Positions 17,532 through 29,466 of a stretch of 32,000 bases of DNA are shown one piece after another. The DNA is from an uncultured bacterium (GTDB taxonomy: Bacteria; Verrucomicrobiota; Kiritimatiellia; RFP12; UBA1067), in assembly GCA_902769585.1 (NCBI GenBank), contig CACXPT010000024.1:12682-44681 (forward strand). Reading direction: 5' to 3'. Within the stretch, counting starts at the first letter, position 1. Every line of letters begins with the position of its first letter. The notes beneath the pieces were generated by a model. That model saw nothing but the letters and a program-made list of their open reading frames with translations, searched no databases and was not told the origin of the DNA. The translations under genes and the position numbers were made by a program.

Positions 17532-20500
17532 ATGAAGCGACTGATCATTGCCGCCTGTCTTGCATGGGTGGCTGAGGCTGGGTTGTGCGCCGCAGGGCGC
17601 GTGACGGTGCTCGACATGGGCCTCGAAGCCGGCGTGACCAACAGGTTCGGCTGCGCGAGCGCGCCGGCGGCGTTCGTGCGCGCCTTGGGCGGCACGTACG
17701 ACGTGCGGGTCGTTCCCCATGCCACCGCGATTGCCGATGGTGCGTTCGACGCGGCCAAGACAGATCTGCTCGTCATACCTTCGGGTGCGCTCTTCCCGCA
17801 GAATGCCGCAAAGGAGATCGTTGGCTACTTGAAGAAGGGCGGCCTTCTGCTCACTTCCGGCGGCTATGCGTTCGACGAGCCGCGGGTGTTCAGGGACGGG
17901 GAGTGGAGTCTCTCGGACAGGGCGGCCATTCCAGAGCCTGTCTGCACGAATCCGGTCGCGATGCCGCCGCCGTCCGCATGGACGCATGTGACGTTCCCCG
18001 GATCGCGCACTGAGGTTGAAGAGGACCTTGCGCCTGACGGGCGCAAGGTCATGAAGATCTACACGAAGTTGATGCTGCGCTACAATCTGGGGACGATGGC
18101 GGTGTCTCCGAAGATGATGGCGGGCAGGAGCGCATTTGGCTTTAGGGCCAAGACGGATGCGGAGTTGAAGACTTTCCGCGTGGAGATCACCGAGCGCGAC
18201 GGCACCCGCTGGAGGGCGGACCTGCCGGCATCTTCCGAGTGGAAGGACTACCGCCTCGCCTGGGACACGTTTGAGTTCCATGCCGACAGCCCTACGAAGA
18301 AGACGCGTGGCAGGAAAGGCGACCACGTCCGCTTTCAGGACGCGGTGCGCCTCAGCTTCGGCGTCACGCATGGCGTCGGAAACAAGCTTCGCGTCCCCCA
18401 TGCGCTCTGGATTTCCGACGTGAACGTCGGGGACGATCCGTTCGCGGACAAGCGCACGGCCTTGGAGCATCCGGCTTGGATCAACACGCGCAACTATCCG
18501 CGAGGCTGGCATGACGAGCCGCGTCCCGACCAGATCGGCGTGTTCTCCCCCGCCTATCGTCTGGAAGGCGTCGCCGGCATCCGAAACGATCCTGCGACGG
18601 CAGACCTCTTCGCGCCGTTTGCGCGCACGGGGGACTTCGGCGGCTGGGATGCCTCCGCGATGCTCACGCCAAAGATAAACGCCCATGCCAAGAACAGGGC
18701 CGCCTACCGCCCCGTGCTCGCCTGCCGAGACGGCGAAGGGAACCTGCGCGGGCGTGCGGCATGCCTCGTCTACCATTACGACGGGATCTTCAAAGGGTCT
18801 TCATGGGCCCTGTTCGGCATCGACAACCGCGACCTTTTCGCGTCGCCGGAGGCGGACGGGCTGCTGCGCAGTATGGTAGACGCGCTCTTCCGGCGCGTCT
18901 ACCTGTCCGTGACGGCCCCCGTTTGGGCGTGCTATCGTCCCGGGGAAACCGCGACGTTCGCCACGCATGTCAAGAACTTCTCGCCTGTCGCCGCGTCGGG
19001 GACGGTCGTGTTCACGCTTGCGGACGAGCAGGGAGAGGTGGTGCAGCGGGCCGAGCGTCCGTTCTCCGCCGCATCGCGCACGGATCAGCGTCTCACGATG
19101 GACTGGCCCGTGCCGGCGGATGCGAAGGACTTCTACCGCCTGAAGGCCGAGCTTGTCATGGACGGCCGGATCGTCGATCGCGAGGAGACCGCCATAGCCG
19201 TCTGGAACGCGCAGACCATCGCACACGGGCCGAAGGTCGGCATGGACGGCACGTTCTTCACGGTCAACGGGAGAAAGCAGTTCCTCGTCGGCGCCCAGAT
19301 GTTCCTTGCCCGCCAAACGTCACACACCGCTGGATCGGCGATGCGGTTCTACGACGACTTCAAGGCAATGAATCGGGCGAGCATGACCGTCTCGCGCAAC
19401 TTCTTCGGCATTGACGCGAGGACGAAAGAGCCGGAGCGCACGCGAGTCGTTCGCCTCATGGACGCCTGCGTGTTGCTCTCGCAGAAGTTCTCCATCGTGA
19501 ACTACTTCACCCCGTGCTGCGGCAACGCGATTCCGCAGGACGAGGCCGGGCAGAAGGCGGAAGGGGACTTCGTGGCATTCTTTGCCGACCGTTACCGCGA
19601 CGTCCCCGGATTCATCATGGACGTGCGCAACGAGCCGCGCATTGAGCGCAAGGCGGGCGACGCGCGCAGCCTAAGGGAGATGGGCGAGGTGTTCCTCGCG
19701 TGGAGCCGCGCGACGGCGGAGGGCGCGCATCGCGGCAACATGGATGTCATCGCGGCGACGGGCTGGAGCCAGGGGTGGGGCGGCGGTCCGGTCATCAAGG
19801 ATCCTCCCACGGCGTCCATGCCGTTCGATTTCACCGACTGCCACTATTACGGCGACAACGAGAACCATATTGCGGAAATCAAGAAAATTGATCATCGCGT
19901 CTGGGGCAAGCCTGCGGTCATGGGCGAGTTCGGCTGCGCGTTCAACCCGATGCGCATACCGTATTCCGACTCCTTCGCCACCATTGAGGAGGCGTCGCGA
20001 CGCTACCGCTGTCAGGCCGTCCGTACGTTCGGCTGCGGCTACGCCTTCATGTGCCATTACGGGTGGACCGACCTCATCGAGGGCCTCTGCACGTTCGCCT
20101 TGTGCCACTGGGACGGCAATCCACGGCCTGTCGTGGACATCTACTCCAATATCAGTCGCACGTTCTCTTGGCTTACGCCCGTAGAGAACCCGCCGGATAC
20201 CGTCTTGCTGATTTCCGAAACGCGCCTTGAATACAGTCAGGACAAATGGGACGCGCTGGTCGTGTACCGTGCCGTCTGCAACGCGCTTGCCTGGCATGGC
20301 GTGAACTTTTCCGTTCTTCCGGAGTCCGAACGCGCCCGCGTGCCGGCTTCCGTGAAGCTGACGATCTGTTCGGACGAGTTCAATGACGCAAAGTTTGTCG
20401 ATCCCGTCGACGGCGTGGCGGTGTTGCGCAAGGCGATCGGCGACCGCATTCGCGCGTCTGGCGTGACCTCTACGCGGTTGGCCGGTGATCCCGACACACT

Positions 20501-20675
20501 TGAGACATACCGTGTTCCCGGCAAGGGAGCGACCGCCTGGCTGTTCTGGAACGGCGACGAGAAAAGGCCGGTGAACGTGGAACGGGACGGCCATCGGCTG
20601 ACCATCGGAGCAGAGCGCGGCGGCTATCTCCAGATTTCCGATGATGGACGCGTGGAGGTGGCAACCGAACTCTGA
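17532..20675 (+). CDS. Secreted glycoside-hydrolase-like protein (TIM-barrel, beta-galactosidase-like; family uncertain)
   Basis: Signal peptide. GYLKKGGLLLTSGGYAFDEP, VGMDGTFFTVNGRKQFLVGAQMFLARQ, GFIMDVRNEPRIER, VWGKPAVMGEFGC. Preceded by GAGAGG. Confidence 0.7.
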   Translation: MKRLIIAACLAWVAEAGLCAAGRVTVLDMGLEAGVTNRFGCASAPAAFVRALGGTYDVRVVPHATAIADGAFDAAKTDLLVIPSGALFPQNAAKEIVGYLKKGGLLLTSGGYAFDEPRVFRDGEWSLSDRAAIPEPVCTNPVAMPPPSAWTHVTFPGSRTEVEEDLAPDGRKVMKIYTKLMLRYNLGTMAVSPKMMAGRSAFGFRAKTDAELKTFRVEITERDGTRWRADLPASSEWKDYRLAWDTFEFHADSPTKKTRGRKGDHVRFQDAVRLSFGVTHGVGNKLRVPHALWISDVNVGDDPFADKRTALEHPAWINTRNYPRGWHDEPRPDQIGVFSPAYRLEGVAGIRNDPATADLFAPFARTGDFGGWDASAMLTPKINAHAKNRAAYRPVLACRDGEGNLRGRAACLVYHYDGIFKGSSWALFGIDNRDLFASPEADGLLRSMVDALFRRVYLSVTAPVWACYRPGETATFATHVKNFSPVAASGTVVFTLADEQGEVVQRAERPFSAASRTDQRLTMDWPVPADAKDFYRLKAELVMDGRIVDREETAIAVWNAQTIAHGPKVGMDGTFFTVNGRKQFLVGAQMFLARQTSHTAGSAMRFYDDFKAMNRASMTVSRNFFGIDARTKEPERTRVVRLMDACVLLSQKFSIVNYFTPCCGNAIPQDEAGQKAEGDFVAFFADRYRDVPGFIMDVRNEPRIERKAGDARSLREMGEVFLAWSRATAEGAHRGNMDVIAATGWSQGWGGGPVIKDPPTASMPFDFTDCHYYGDNENHIAEIKKIDHRVWGKPAVMGEFGCAFNPMRIPYSDSFATIEEASRRYRCQAVRTFGCGYAFMCHYGWTDLIEGLCTFALCHWDGNPRPVVDIYSNISRTFSWLTPVENPPDTVLLISETRLEYSQDKWDALVVYRAVCNALAWHGVNFSVLPESERARVPASVKLTICSDEFNDAKFVDPVDGVAVLRKAIGDRIRASGVTSTRLAGDPDTLETYRVPGKGATAWLFWNGDEKRPVNVERDGHRLTIGAERGGYLQISDDGRVEVATEL

Positions 20676-20745
20676 ACCCTCTGCGGTCCGATGACGGAAC
20701 TGCATGATATCTTCAATCAAAGGACAAGGAGTGATCGTGAACAAC

Positions 20746-21855
20746 ATGAAAACGTTTAGGTTTTGTTATTTGCTGTTGGCGGCGGGGATTTGCCTGTTGG
20801 CCGACGTGGCGCGCGCGGAGCGCACGTGGAAAATCCCCGAGGATTTCCAGTGGGGTGTCACGTTTGGGTTCTACGCGACGAACGGCTACTTCTCGTCATC
20901 CGTGGCGAAGGACGAGATCGAGGCAATCGCCCGTGCCGGCGCGACGTGGGTAACGGTCGTGCCGACGGTCTGGCAGGACGAGGGGGCGTCCGCGTTCCAG
21001 TACAAGGACTTCGCGCACACGCCGAACGACATCGAGCTCATGGACGCCATCGACCTCATCCACGCGAAGGGGATGAAGGTGCAGCTGCGCCCGATGCTGG
21101 AGTGCAAGGACGGTTACGGGCGTCTAGGCGTGTGGATGAACAAGGACCGCGAACGCATGCCGGGGCGCGTGAGCGACGGCCGCACGCGCTGGTTCGCCTC
21201 CATGCGCGAGCGAAGCGTTTACTATGCGCGGATTGCCCAGCGCACGAAGTGCGAGCTGTTCTGCCTTGACAGCGAGCTGGACAAGATGGTGGAGGAAAGC
21301 GCGAAGTGGAAGTCGGTCGTGGCGGCCGTGCGTGGCGTCTACTCCGGTCCTGTGACGAGCTGCCACACGCTCCACACGGGCGAGGTGGACTTCCTCGCCT
21401 TCCTGTCGAAGAAGGACCACTGGTTCTACGACCTCGACTTCCTCTCCATCTCCTACTACTGCTCGGCGCGGCGCAAGGACGAAATGGGGAAGGCGCTGAC
21501 CGTCGACGACATGGTGAATAACCTCGCCGGGGCGCACGCGCGGATGAAGGCGATTGCGGACGCCATGGGAAGGCCGATCATCTTCGGCGAATGCGGGTGC
21601 TCGTCCACGCAGGACGGCGCGCGGTCTCCTTCCGGCATCTTCACGGTCGTGGACGAGGACGAGCAGGCCAACTACATGGAGGCGCTCTTCCGCGTGTTCG
21701 CGCACGAATCCTGGTGCCGAGGCTTCCACTGGTGGAAGTGGGACCAGAACTCGCCGACGAAGCCGGACAGCACGCGCGAAAGCACGCTCGCCCGCGATTT
21801 CACGTTCCGTGGCAAGAAGGCCGAGGCCGTCTTCCGCCGTTGGGCACGGAAATAA
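20746..21855 (+). CDS. Secreted TIM-barrel glycosidase-like protein (GH113-like)
   Basis: Signal peptide MKTFRFCYLLLAAGICLLADVARA. GATWVTVVPTVWQDE, IDLIHAKGMKVQLRPMLECKDG, RPIIFGECGCSS, GFHWWKWD. AAGGAG at about 20726. Confidence 0.7.
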   Translation: MKTFRFCYLLLAAGICLLADVARAERTWKIPEDFQWGVTFGFYATNGYFSSSVAKDEIEAIARAGATWVTVVPTVWQDEGASAFQYKDFAHTPNDIELMDAIDLIHAKGMKVQLRPMLECKDGYGRLGVWMNKDRERMPGRVSDGRTRWFASMRERSVYYARIAQRTKCELFCLDSELDKMVEESAKWKSVVAAVRGVYSGPVTSCHTLHTGEVDFLAFLSKKDHWFYDLDFLSISYYCSARRKDEMGKALTVDDMVNNLAGAHARMKAIADAMGRPIIFGECGCSSTQDGARSPSGIFTVVDEDEQANYMEALFRVFAHESWCRGFHWWKWDQNSPTKPDSTRESTLARDFTFRGKKAEAVFRRWARK

Positions 21856-21884
21856 AAGGGGAAGACGGCGGCTGGATGATACTG

Positions 21885-21913
21885 TTGCATGCACAGGGGT
21901 GATGTGGTACAAT
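21885..21913 (+). promoter_or_regulatory. Sigma70-like promoter for the downstream DUF4143-type ATPase
   Basis: TTGCAT (21885-21890), 17-bp spacer, TACAAT (21908-21913). Confidence 0.55.
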
Positions 21914-21958
21914 TATCGCGTTTCAAAAACATTGGAAAGCCAAGAAAGAAGAAAGAGC

Positions 21959-23272
21959 ATGATAAAACGCGATTATTATCTTGAGAAAATCAAAGATAAG
22001 ATGTGGAATGGGGCGGTGAAAATCATCACCGGTATTCGGCGTTGCGGGAAAAGCTACATTCTGAATGAGATATTTCGCGGCTATTTGCTTGAGTCTGGTG
22101 TTACGCCAGATCACATCATTTCAGTATCTCTTGAACTTGAGGAATTTGAATCGCTTCAGAATCCCCGTGAATTGAGTAGATATGTTCGTGAGCGTGTCCG
22201 TGACGGCGGTCGCTATTACGTCTTCATCGATGAAATACAGGAAGCGCGAAAAGTGTTGAAGGAGGGTGTCGATCCTGCAAAAACGGCCAAGGAGGACGAG
22301 CCGGGGATTTGGTTTACGTTCTATGATGTTCTGAATTCCCTGAACGCCAAGGCGAATCTTGACATCTACGTGACAGGCTCTAACTCAAAGATGCTATCAA
22401 AAGACGTTGCGACGAATTTCCGTGGCAGGAAAACGGAGATCGAGATGCACCCCTTGTCATTCTCGGAGTTTCACGAATGGAAGGGCGGCGATCTTTTGCG
22501 GGATTGGGACGAATACCTGACGTTTGGCGGAATGCCTCAGACAGTGCTGGAGAGGAACGAGAGGGAGAAAGTAGCTGTTCTCAACGAACTTTTCGGCAAT
22601 GTCTATATCAAGGACGTTGTTGAACGAAACGGGATTGCCGATGCGACGTTGCTGGAGTCGATCATAGACGTGGTGTCGAGTGCCGTCGGTTCGTTGACAA
22701 ATCCCAAGCGGCTGTCGGACACGATCATCAGCCGCGAGGGAGGAGGGCCGTCTGCGCCGACCGTCAGGAAATATCTTGGGTTCCTCAAGGAGGCATATAT
22801 CTTCAGGGAGGCAAAACGCTACGATGTCCGTGGCAGAAGATACCTCGACTATCCAATGAAGTATTATGCGGAAGATGTCGGACTGCGGAATGCGCGGCTG
22901 GGGTTTCGCGAGCAGGAGGAGACGCATCTGATGGAAAACGTCATTTTCAACGAGCTGGTACGACTCGGCTATTCAGTTGACGTCGGCGTCGTTGAGGTCT
23001 GGGACGAGGAAGGCGGGAAGAGCGTTGTGCGGCATCTTGAAATCGACTTCATCGTCAACACGGGATTTGAAAAGATCTACATCCAAAGCGCTTTCAGCGT
23101 TTCGGATGCGCAGTACAGGGCGCGGGAAGTGCTTCCTTTCAGCAAGACAGGCGACAACTTCAGGAAAATTGTCGTCACATCCGGGGCATCGCGCCTGTGG
23201 ACCGACGACATCGGCATCTCTTACGTCGGGGTTCTGACGTTTCTGCTGGATCCCGAAAGTGTGTTGCCGTGA
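21959..23272 (+). CDS. AAA ATPase, DUF4143-type
   Basis: Walker A VKIITGIRRCGKSYIL, Walker B YYVFIDEIQEA, IYVTGSNSKMLSKDVATNFRGRKTEIEMHPLSFSEF, C-terminal LENVIFNEL/HLEIDFIV-type block. Confidence 0.93.
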   Translation: MIKRDYYLEKIKDKMWNGAVKIITGIRRCGKSYILNEIFRGYLLESGVTPDHIISVSLELEEFESLQNPRELSRYVRERVRDGGRYYVFIDEIQEARKVLKEGVDPAKTAKEDEPGIWFTFYDVLNSLNAKANLDIYVTGSNSKMLSKDVATNFRGRKTEIEMHPLSFSEFHEWKGGDLLRDWDEYLTFGGMPQTVLERNEREKVAVLNELFGNVYIKDVVERNGIADATLLESIIDVVSSAVGSLTNPKRLSDTIISREGGGPSAPTVRKYLGFLKEAYIFREAKRYDVRGRRYLDYPMKYYAEDVGLRNARLGFREQEETHLMENVIFNELVRLGYSVDVGVVEVWDEEGGKSVVRHLEIDFIVNTGFEKIYIQSAFSVSDAQYRAREVLPFSKTGDNFRKIVVTSGASRLWTDDIGISYVGVLTFLLDPESVLP

Positions 23273-23284
23273 GACGGTCGACCG

Positions 23285-26407
<3,123 letters not shown>

Positions 26408-26411
26408 AGGA

Positions 26412-26437
26412 AGCCAAGATTATACCAAATCTTGGCT
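26412..26437 (-). promoter_or_regulatory. Perfect 9-bp inverted repeat overlapping the TATAAT box upstream of secA
   Basis: AGCCAAGAT-TATACCAA-ATCTTGGCT. On the minus strand TATAAT overlaps one arm and the secA ATG is 11 nt downstream of the box. Confidence 0.5.
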
Positions 26438-26453
26438 GTCAGCGGGGGATTTT

Positions 26454-27794
26454 TTACGCGGTTGCGGTTGGGGCGTAGACTTCGTCGTGCTGGCTGGCGT
26501 CGAGGCCGAGGTCCTCGCTTGCGGGCGAGACGCGCATGGGGATCATGCGGTTCGTGATCCAGTAGAGCAGCATGCTCACGATGAACGTGTAGGCTATGAC
26601 GATGGCCACGCCGGCGACGGCGGCGACGAACTCCATGAATCCCGCGTGCGTCCACGCAATCAGGCCGGTCTGTGCGAACACGCCGGTGAATATGGTCGCC
26701 ACGATGCCGCCCACGCCGTGCGTGGGGAACACGTCGAGCGCGTCGTCCACGCGCGAGTGCGCCTTCCAGTACACCGCCACGTTGCAGATGAGCGTGGTGA
26801 GGAAGGAGATGGTGAACGCCTGCCCCACAGTCACGACGTCGGCGCACGGCGTGATCGCCACGAGACCGACCACCGCGCCCACGGCGGCGCCCATGCCGGA
26901 CGGCTTGCGGCCGCGCAGGCAGTCGAAGAGAACCCACGCCATCATTGCCGTCGCGCCGGAGGTGTTCGTGTTGAGGAACGCCTTCACCGCGATGCCGTCG
27001 GCCGCCAGCGAGGAACCGCCGTTGAAGCCGAACCAGCCGAGCCACAGCATCGCCGCGCCGAGGATGACGAAGGGGATGTTGGCCGGAAGGTTGGGCGCGC
27101 CTGGCGTCTTCGTGCGTCGGCCGAGGAAGAGCGCGCCCGCGAGCGCCGCCACGCCGGAGGAGGCGTGCACGACGATACCGCCCGCGAAGTCGTGTATGCC
27201 GATGCCCATCAGGTTGTGGAGGAAGCCGTTCGGATGCCACGTCCAGTGCGCGAGCGGGCAGTATATGAACACGCAGAACAGGATCATGAACACGAGGTAG
27301 GCAGAGAAGCGCACGCGCTCGGCGAACGCGCCTGTGATCAGGGATGGCGTGATGATGGCGAACTTCATCTGGAAGAGCGCGAAGAGCGCCAGCGGGATGG
27401 TCGGCGCGAGGGTAGTGTTCACCTTTGCGCCCACGTCGCGGAACATGAAGAACTGCGCGGGGTTGCCGATGAGGCCGAGACCGCCCACGTCATCGCCGAA
27501 GCTCAAGGAAAAGCCGAACACCACCCAGACCATGGATATGATGCCCATCGCAATGAAGCTCTGGAGGATCGTGGAGATTACGTTCTTTCGCCCGACCATG
27601 CCGCCGTAGAAGAAGGAGAGACCGGGCGTCATCATCAGCACGAAGATCGTCGCCGTGATCATCCACGCCACGTTCGCCGCGTTGAACTTCTCGTCTGGCT
27701 CCCATATGCCGGGCGTCTCGGGAAAGAATGCCCCGATTGCCGCCACCAGTGCCACCAAGCCCATCAGAATCACGTACCGCTTCTTGATCTTCAT
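26454..27794 (-). CDS. amt: Ammonium transporter
   Basis: MMTPGLSFFYGGMVGRKNVISTILQSF, GIHDFAGGIVVHASSGVAALAGALFLGRR, ASEDLGLDASQHDEVYAP. Start selected at the internal Met following AAAGGA. Confidence 0.95.
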   Translation of the reverse strand: MKIKKRYVILMGLVALVAAIGAFFPETPGIWEPDEKFNAANVAWMITATIFVLMMTPGLSFFYGGMVGRKNVISTILQSFIAMGIISMVWVVFGFSLSFGDDVGGLGLIGNPAQFFMFRDVGAKVNTTLAPTIPLALFALFQMKFAIITPSLITGAFAERVRFSAYLVFMILFCVFIYCPLAHWTWHPNGFLHNLMGIGIHDFAGGIVVHASSGVAALAGALFLGRRTKTPGAPNLPANIPFVILGAAMLWLGWFGFNGGSSLAADGIAVKAFLNTNTSGATAMMAWVLFDCLRGRKPSGMGAAVGAVVGLVAITPCADVVTVGQAFTISFLTTLICNVAVYWKAHSRVDDALDVFPTHGVGGIVATIFTGVFAQTGLIAWTHAGFMEFVAAVAGVAIVIAYTFIVSMLLYWITNRMIPMRVSPASEDLGLDASQHDEVYAPTATA

Positions 27795-27828
27795 GTCTGT
27801 CCTTTCGGTTTGCGAAAGGTATAGCAAA

Positions 27829-27862
27829 GCCCGTGCCAACGCGAGACGCGTCGCGCACGGGC
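27829..27862 (-). terminator. GC-rich hairpin between the FadL-like gene and amt (possible terminator or leader structure)
   Basis: GCCCGTGC (27829-27836) and GCACGGGC (27855-27862) are perfect reverse complements. On the minus strand this is followed by a short T run (TTTGC). Confidence 0.4.
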
Positions 27863-27935
27863 GCATTTTGTGGCATGGCCTTTACACGATCCGTCCGGCG
27901 GCGGCGGAACGCTTTACACGCCTTGTAGGCGAGGG

Positions 27936-29318
27936 TCAGAAACGGTAACTGACCGTGACGGCGACAGCATGGGAGAGCCCGTTCGATGTCTCGAGCTTGT
28001 AGCGTCCTCCTGTAGAGTCGCTTATGTATAGGGGGTCGCCCTCCATGAAAACAAGACCGTAGCTGGTGGAAATGTCGAGATTGCCCCATGCATATCCAAG
28101 ACCGAACGTCAGGATATGCCGGTTGCCGGGCGGCAACATGGACGTGCCGTGATACTTGCGGCAGGGATCCTGGTCGAATACGTACGAGCCCATGATTGTG
28201 AAGTTCTTCGTGAGGTCGTACGCGGCTCCAAAGCCTACGCGCCAGGCGTCGTTCCACTTGAGCGTCACGGTCTTGTCGTGGTTGCCTGGGAGGTTGAAGT
28301 TAATCCCCTCCATGCACGACCATTGCGTCCAGGTCAGTGCCGTTCCGAGATGGAGGTCGTCCAGCACGTCATAGTTCAGACCCATCGTCAGCGACTGCGG
28401 TAGACGGACCTTTGCTGATGCCGTACCGTTTGCGGAGGACGCTCCCTGGTCAACTTGACTGTGGGCATTCTGGACGGCATTGTTGTATGCGGTGGCATAG
28501 GCGCCTGGGAAATAGGCATCGTACGGTCCCGTGCCAGGAAGAATGCCTAAAGCGGCCAACCTGGCGTTTACGGCAGCCTCCACCTGCGGTCCGATGGCAG
28601 AGTCGTCATACCCTTCAACTCTCGTATGGTTGTGGCCTTTGATCTTGCAGTCGATGAACGACTTGTACATGACGCCGGCCGAGAGCTTCTCGGTAATCTT
28701 GTAGCGGGACGAGAGTTGCCATCCCAAGTCCGTCATTCCGTTATCGCCCTTTAGGTGATCGTGTATGGTGCCGTATTTGATGCCGTCGCTCACCGCCATC
28801 TGGTCGGAGTACTGGTCGAACGAAAAGTACATCAGGCGCATGCCTGCAGATACTGACCAGTCCTCTGTGACGGCATAGGACAGGTTCGGGTTGAATGCGA
28901 TGCCTTCGATGGTGGTTTCTAGGGTGTCCCACGCCATTGACCAGTACTTATGGTAATGTGTGCCAAGGCCGTATTCCGGCGCCACGCCTAGTCCTAGCGT
29001 AAAACCATATGGAAGCGGCTGGGCGACATAGGCATGAGGAAGGATGAAGCAACCCGGATCCATCTTGTAGTCTGAACGCCCATTCACTGATGTGTCCGCC
29101 GTCGGGTGCTCCGTCGTCATGCCGATCGTTATCACCGTGTTGGTAAGGTCGCTCAATGTGGCCGGATTGTAGAAGTTTGCCGAAGCGTCCACGGCCTTGC
29201 CCATGACACCGCCACCCAATGCATTCCCGCGCGCAGAACCCTCATAAAGGGCAAAGCCGGCCGAAAACGCCATGGATGACACGCCAGATGCCAAAACCAG
29301 CAGATAAACCTTCTTCAT
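27936..29318 (-). CDS. Outer membrane protein, OmpP1/FadL family
   Basis: Signal peptide, then AGFALYEGSARGNALGGGVMGKAVDASANFYNPATLSDLTNTVITIGMT...; C-terminal AVAVTVSYRF aromatic end. Confidence 0.85.
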   Translation of the reverse strand: MKKVYLLVLASGVSSMAFSAGFALYEGSARGNALGGGVMGKAVDASANFYNPATLSDLTNTVITIGMTTEHPTADTSVNGRSDYKMDPGCFILPHAYVAQPLPYGFTLGLGVAPEYGLGTHYHKYWSMAWDTLETTIEGIAFNPNLSYAVTEDWSVSAGMRLMYFSFDQYSDQMAVSDGIKYGTIHDHLKGDNGMTDLGWQLSSRYKITEKLSAGVMYKSFIDCKIKGHNHTRVEGYDDSAIGPQVEAAVNARLAALGILPGTGPYDAYFPGAYATAYNNAVQNAHSQVDQGASSANGTASAKVRLPQSLTMGLNYDVLDDLHLGTALTWTQWSCMEGINFNLPGNHDKTVTLKWNDAWRVGFGAAYDLTKNFTIMGSYVFDQDPCRKYHGTSMLPPGNRHILTFGLGYAWGNLDISTSYGLVFMEGDPLYISDSTGGRYKLETSNGLSHAVAVTVSYRF

Positions 29319-29466
29319 GAATCATCATTCCTTATTAGGGGTAACGATGTGTGACATTCTACACGATTTTGTCGCAGAAAGCAAGAAGGAATGTGTCAGA
29401 AATTGATTTTTTGTCTCAAATGGATAAAAAGTCGCGTGAATTGCTATAATATTAGATATTTTTCGC

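Noticed and set aside
17253-18776. 507-aa minus-strand ORF
   Set aside because: Antisense to the 14985..17510 and 17532..20675 genes, with no recognisable domain.
27090-27125. GGGCGCGCCTGGCG match resembling the hairpin arm within amt
   Set aside because: Encodes ordinary conserved Amt sequence and lacks the 8-bp stem/3-nt loop and AACGTT core, so it is not a copy of the element.
29441-29450. Plus-strand TTGCTATAAT promoter-like box
   Set aside because: Faces into the 3' end of a minus-strand gene with no supported plus-strand CDS downstream. AT-rich intergenic DNA makes chance occurrence likely.
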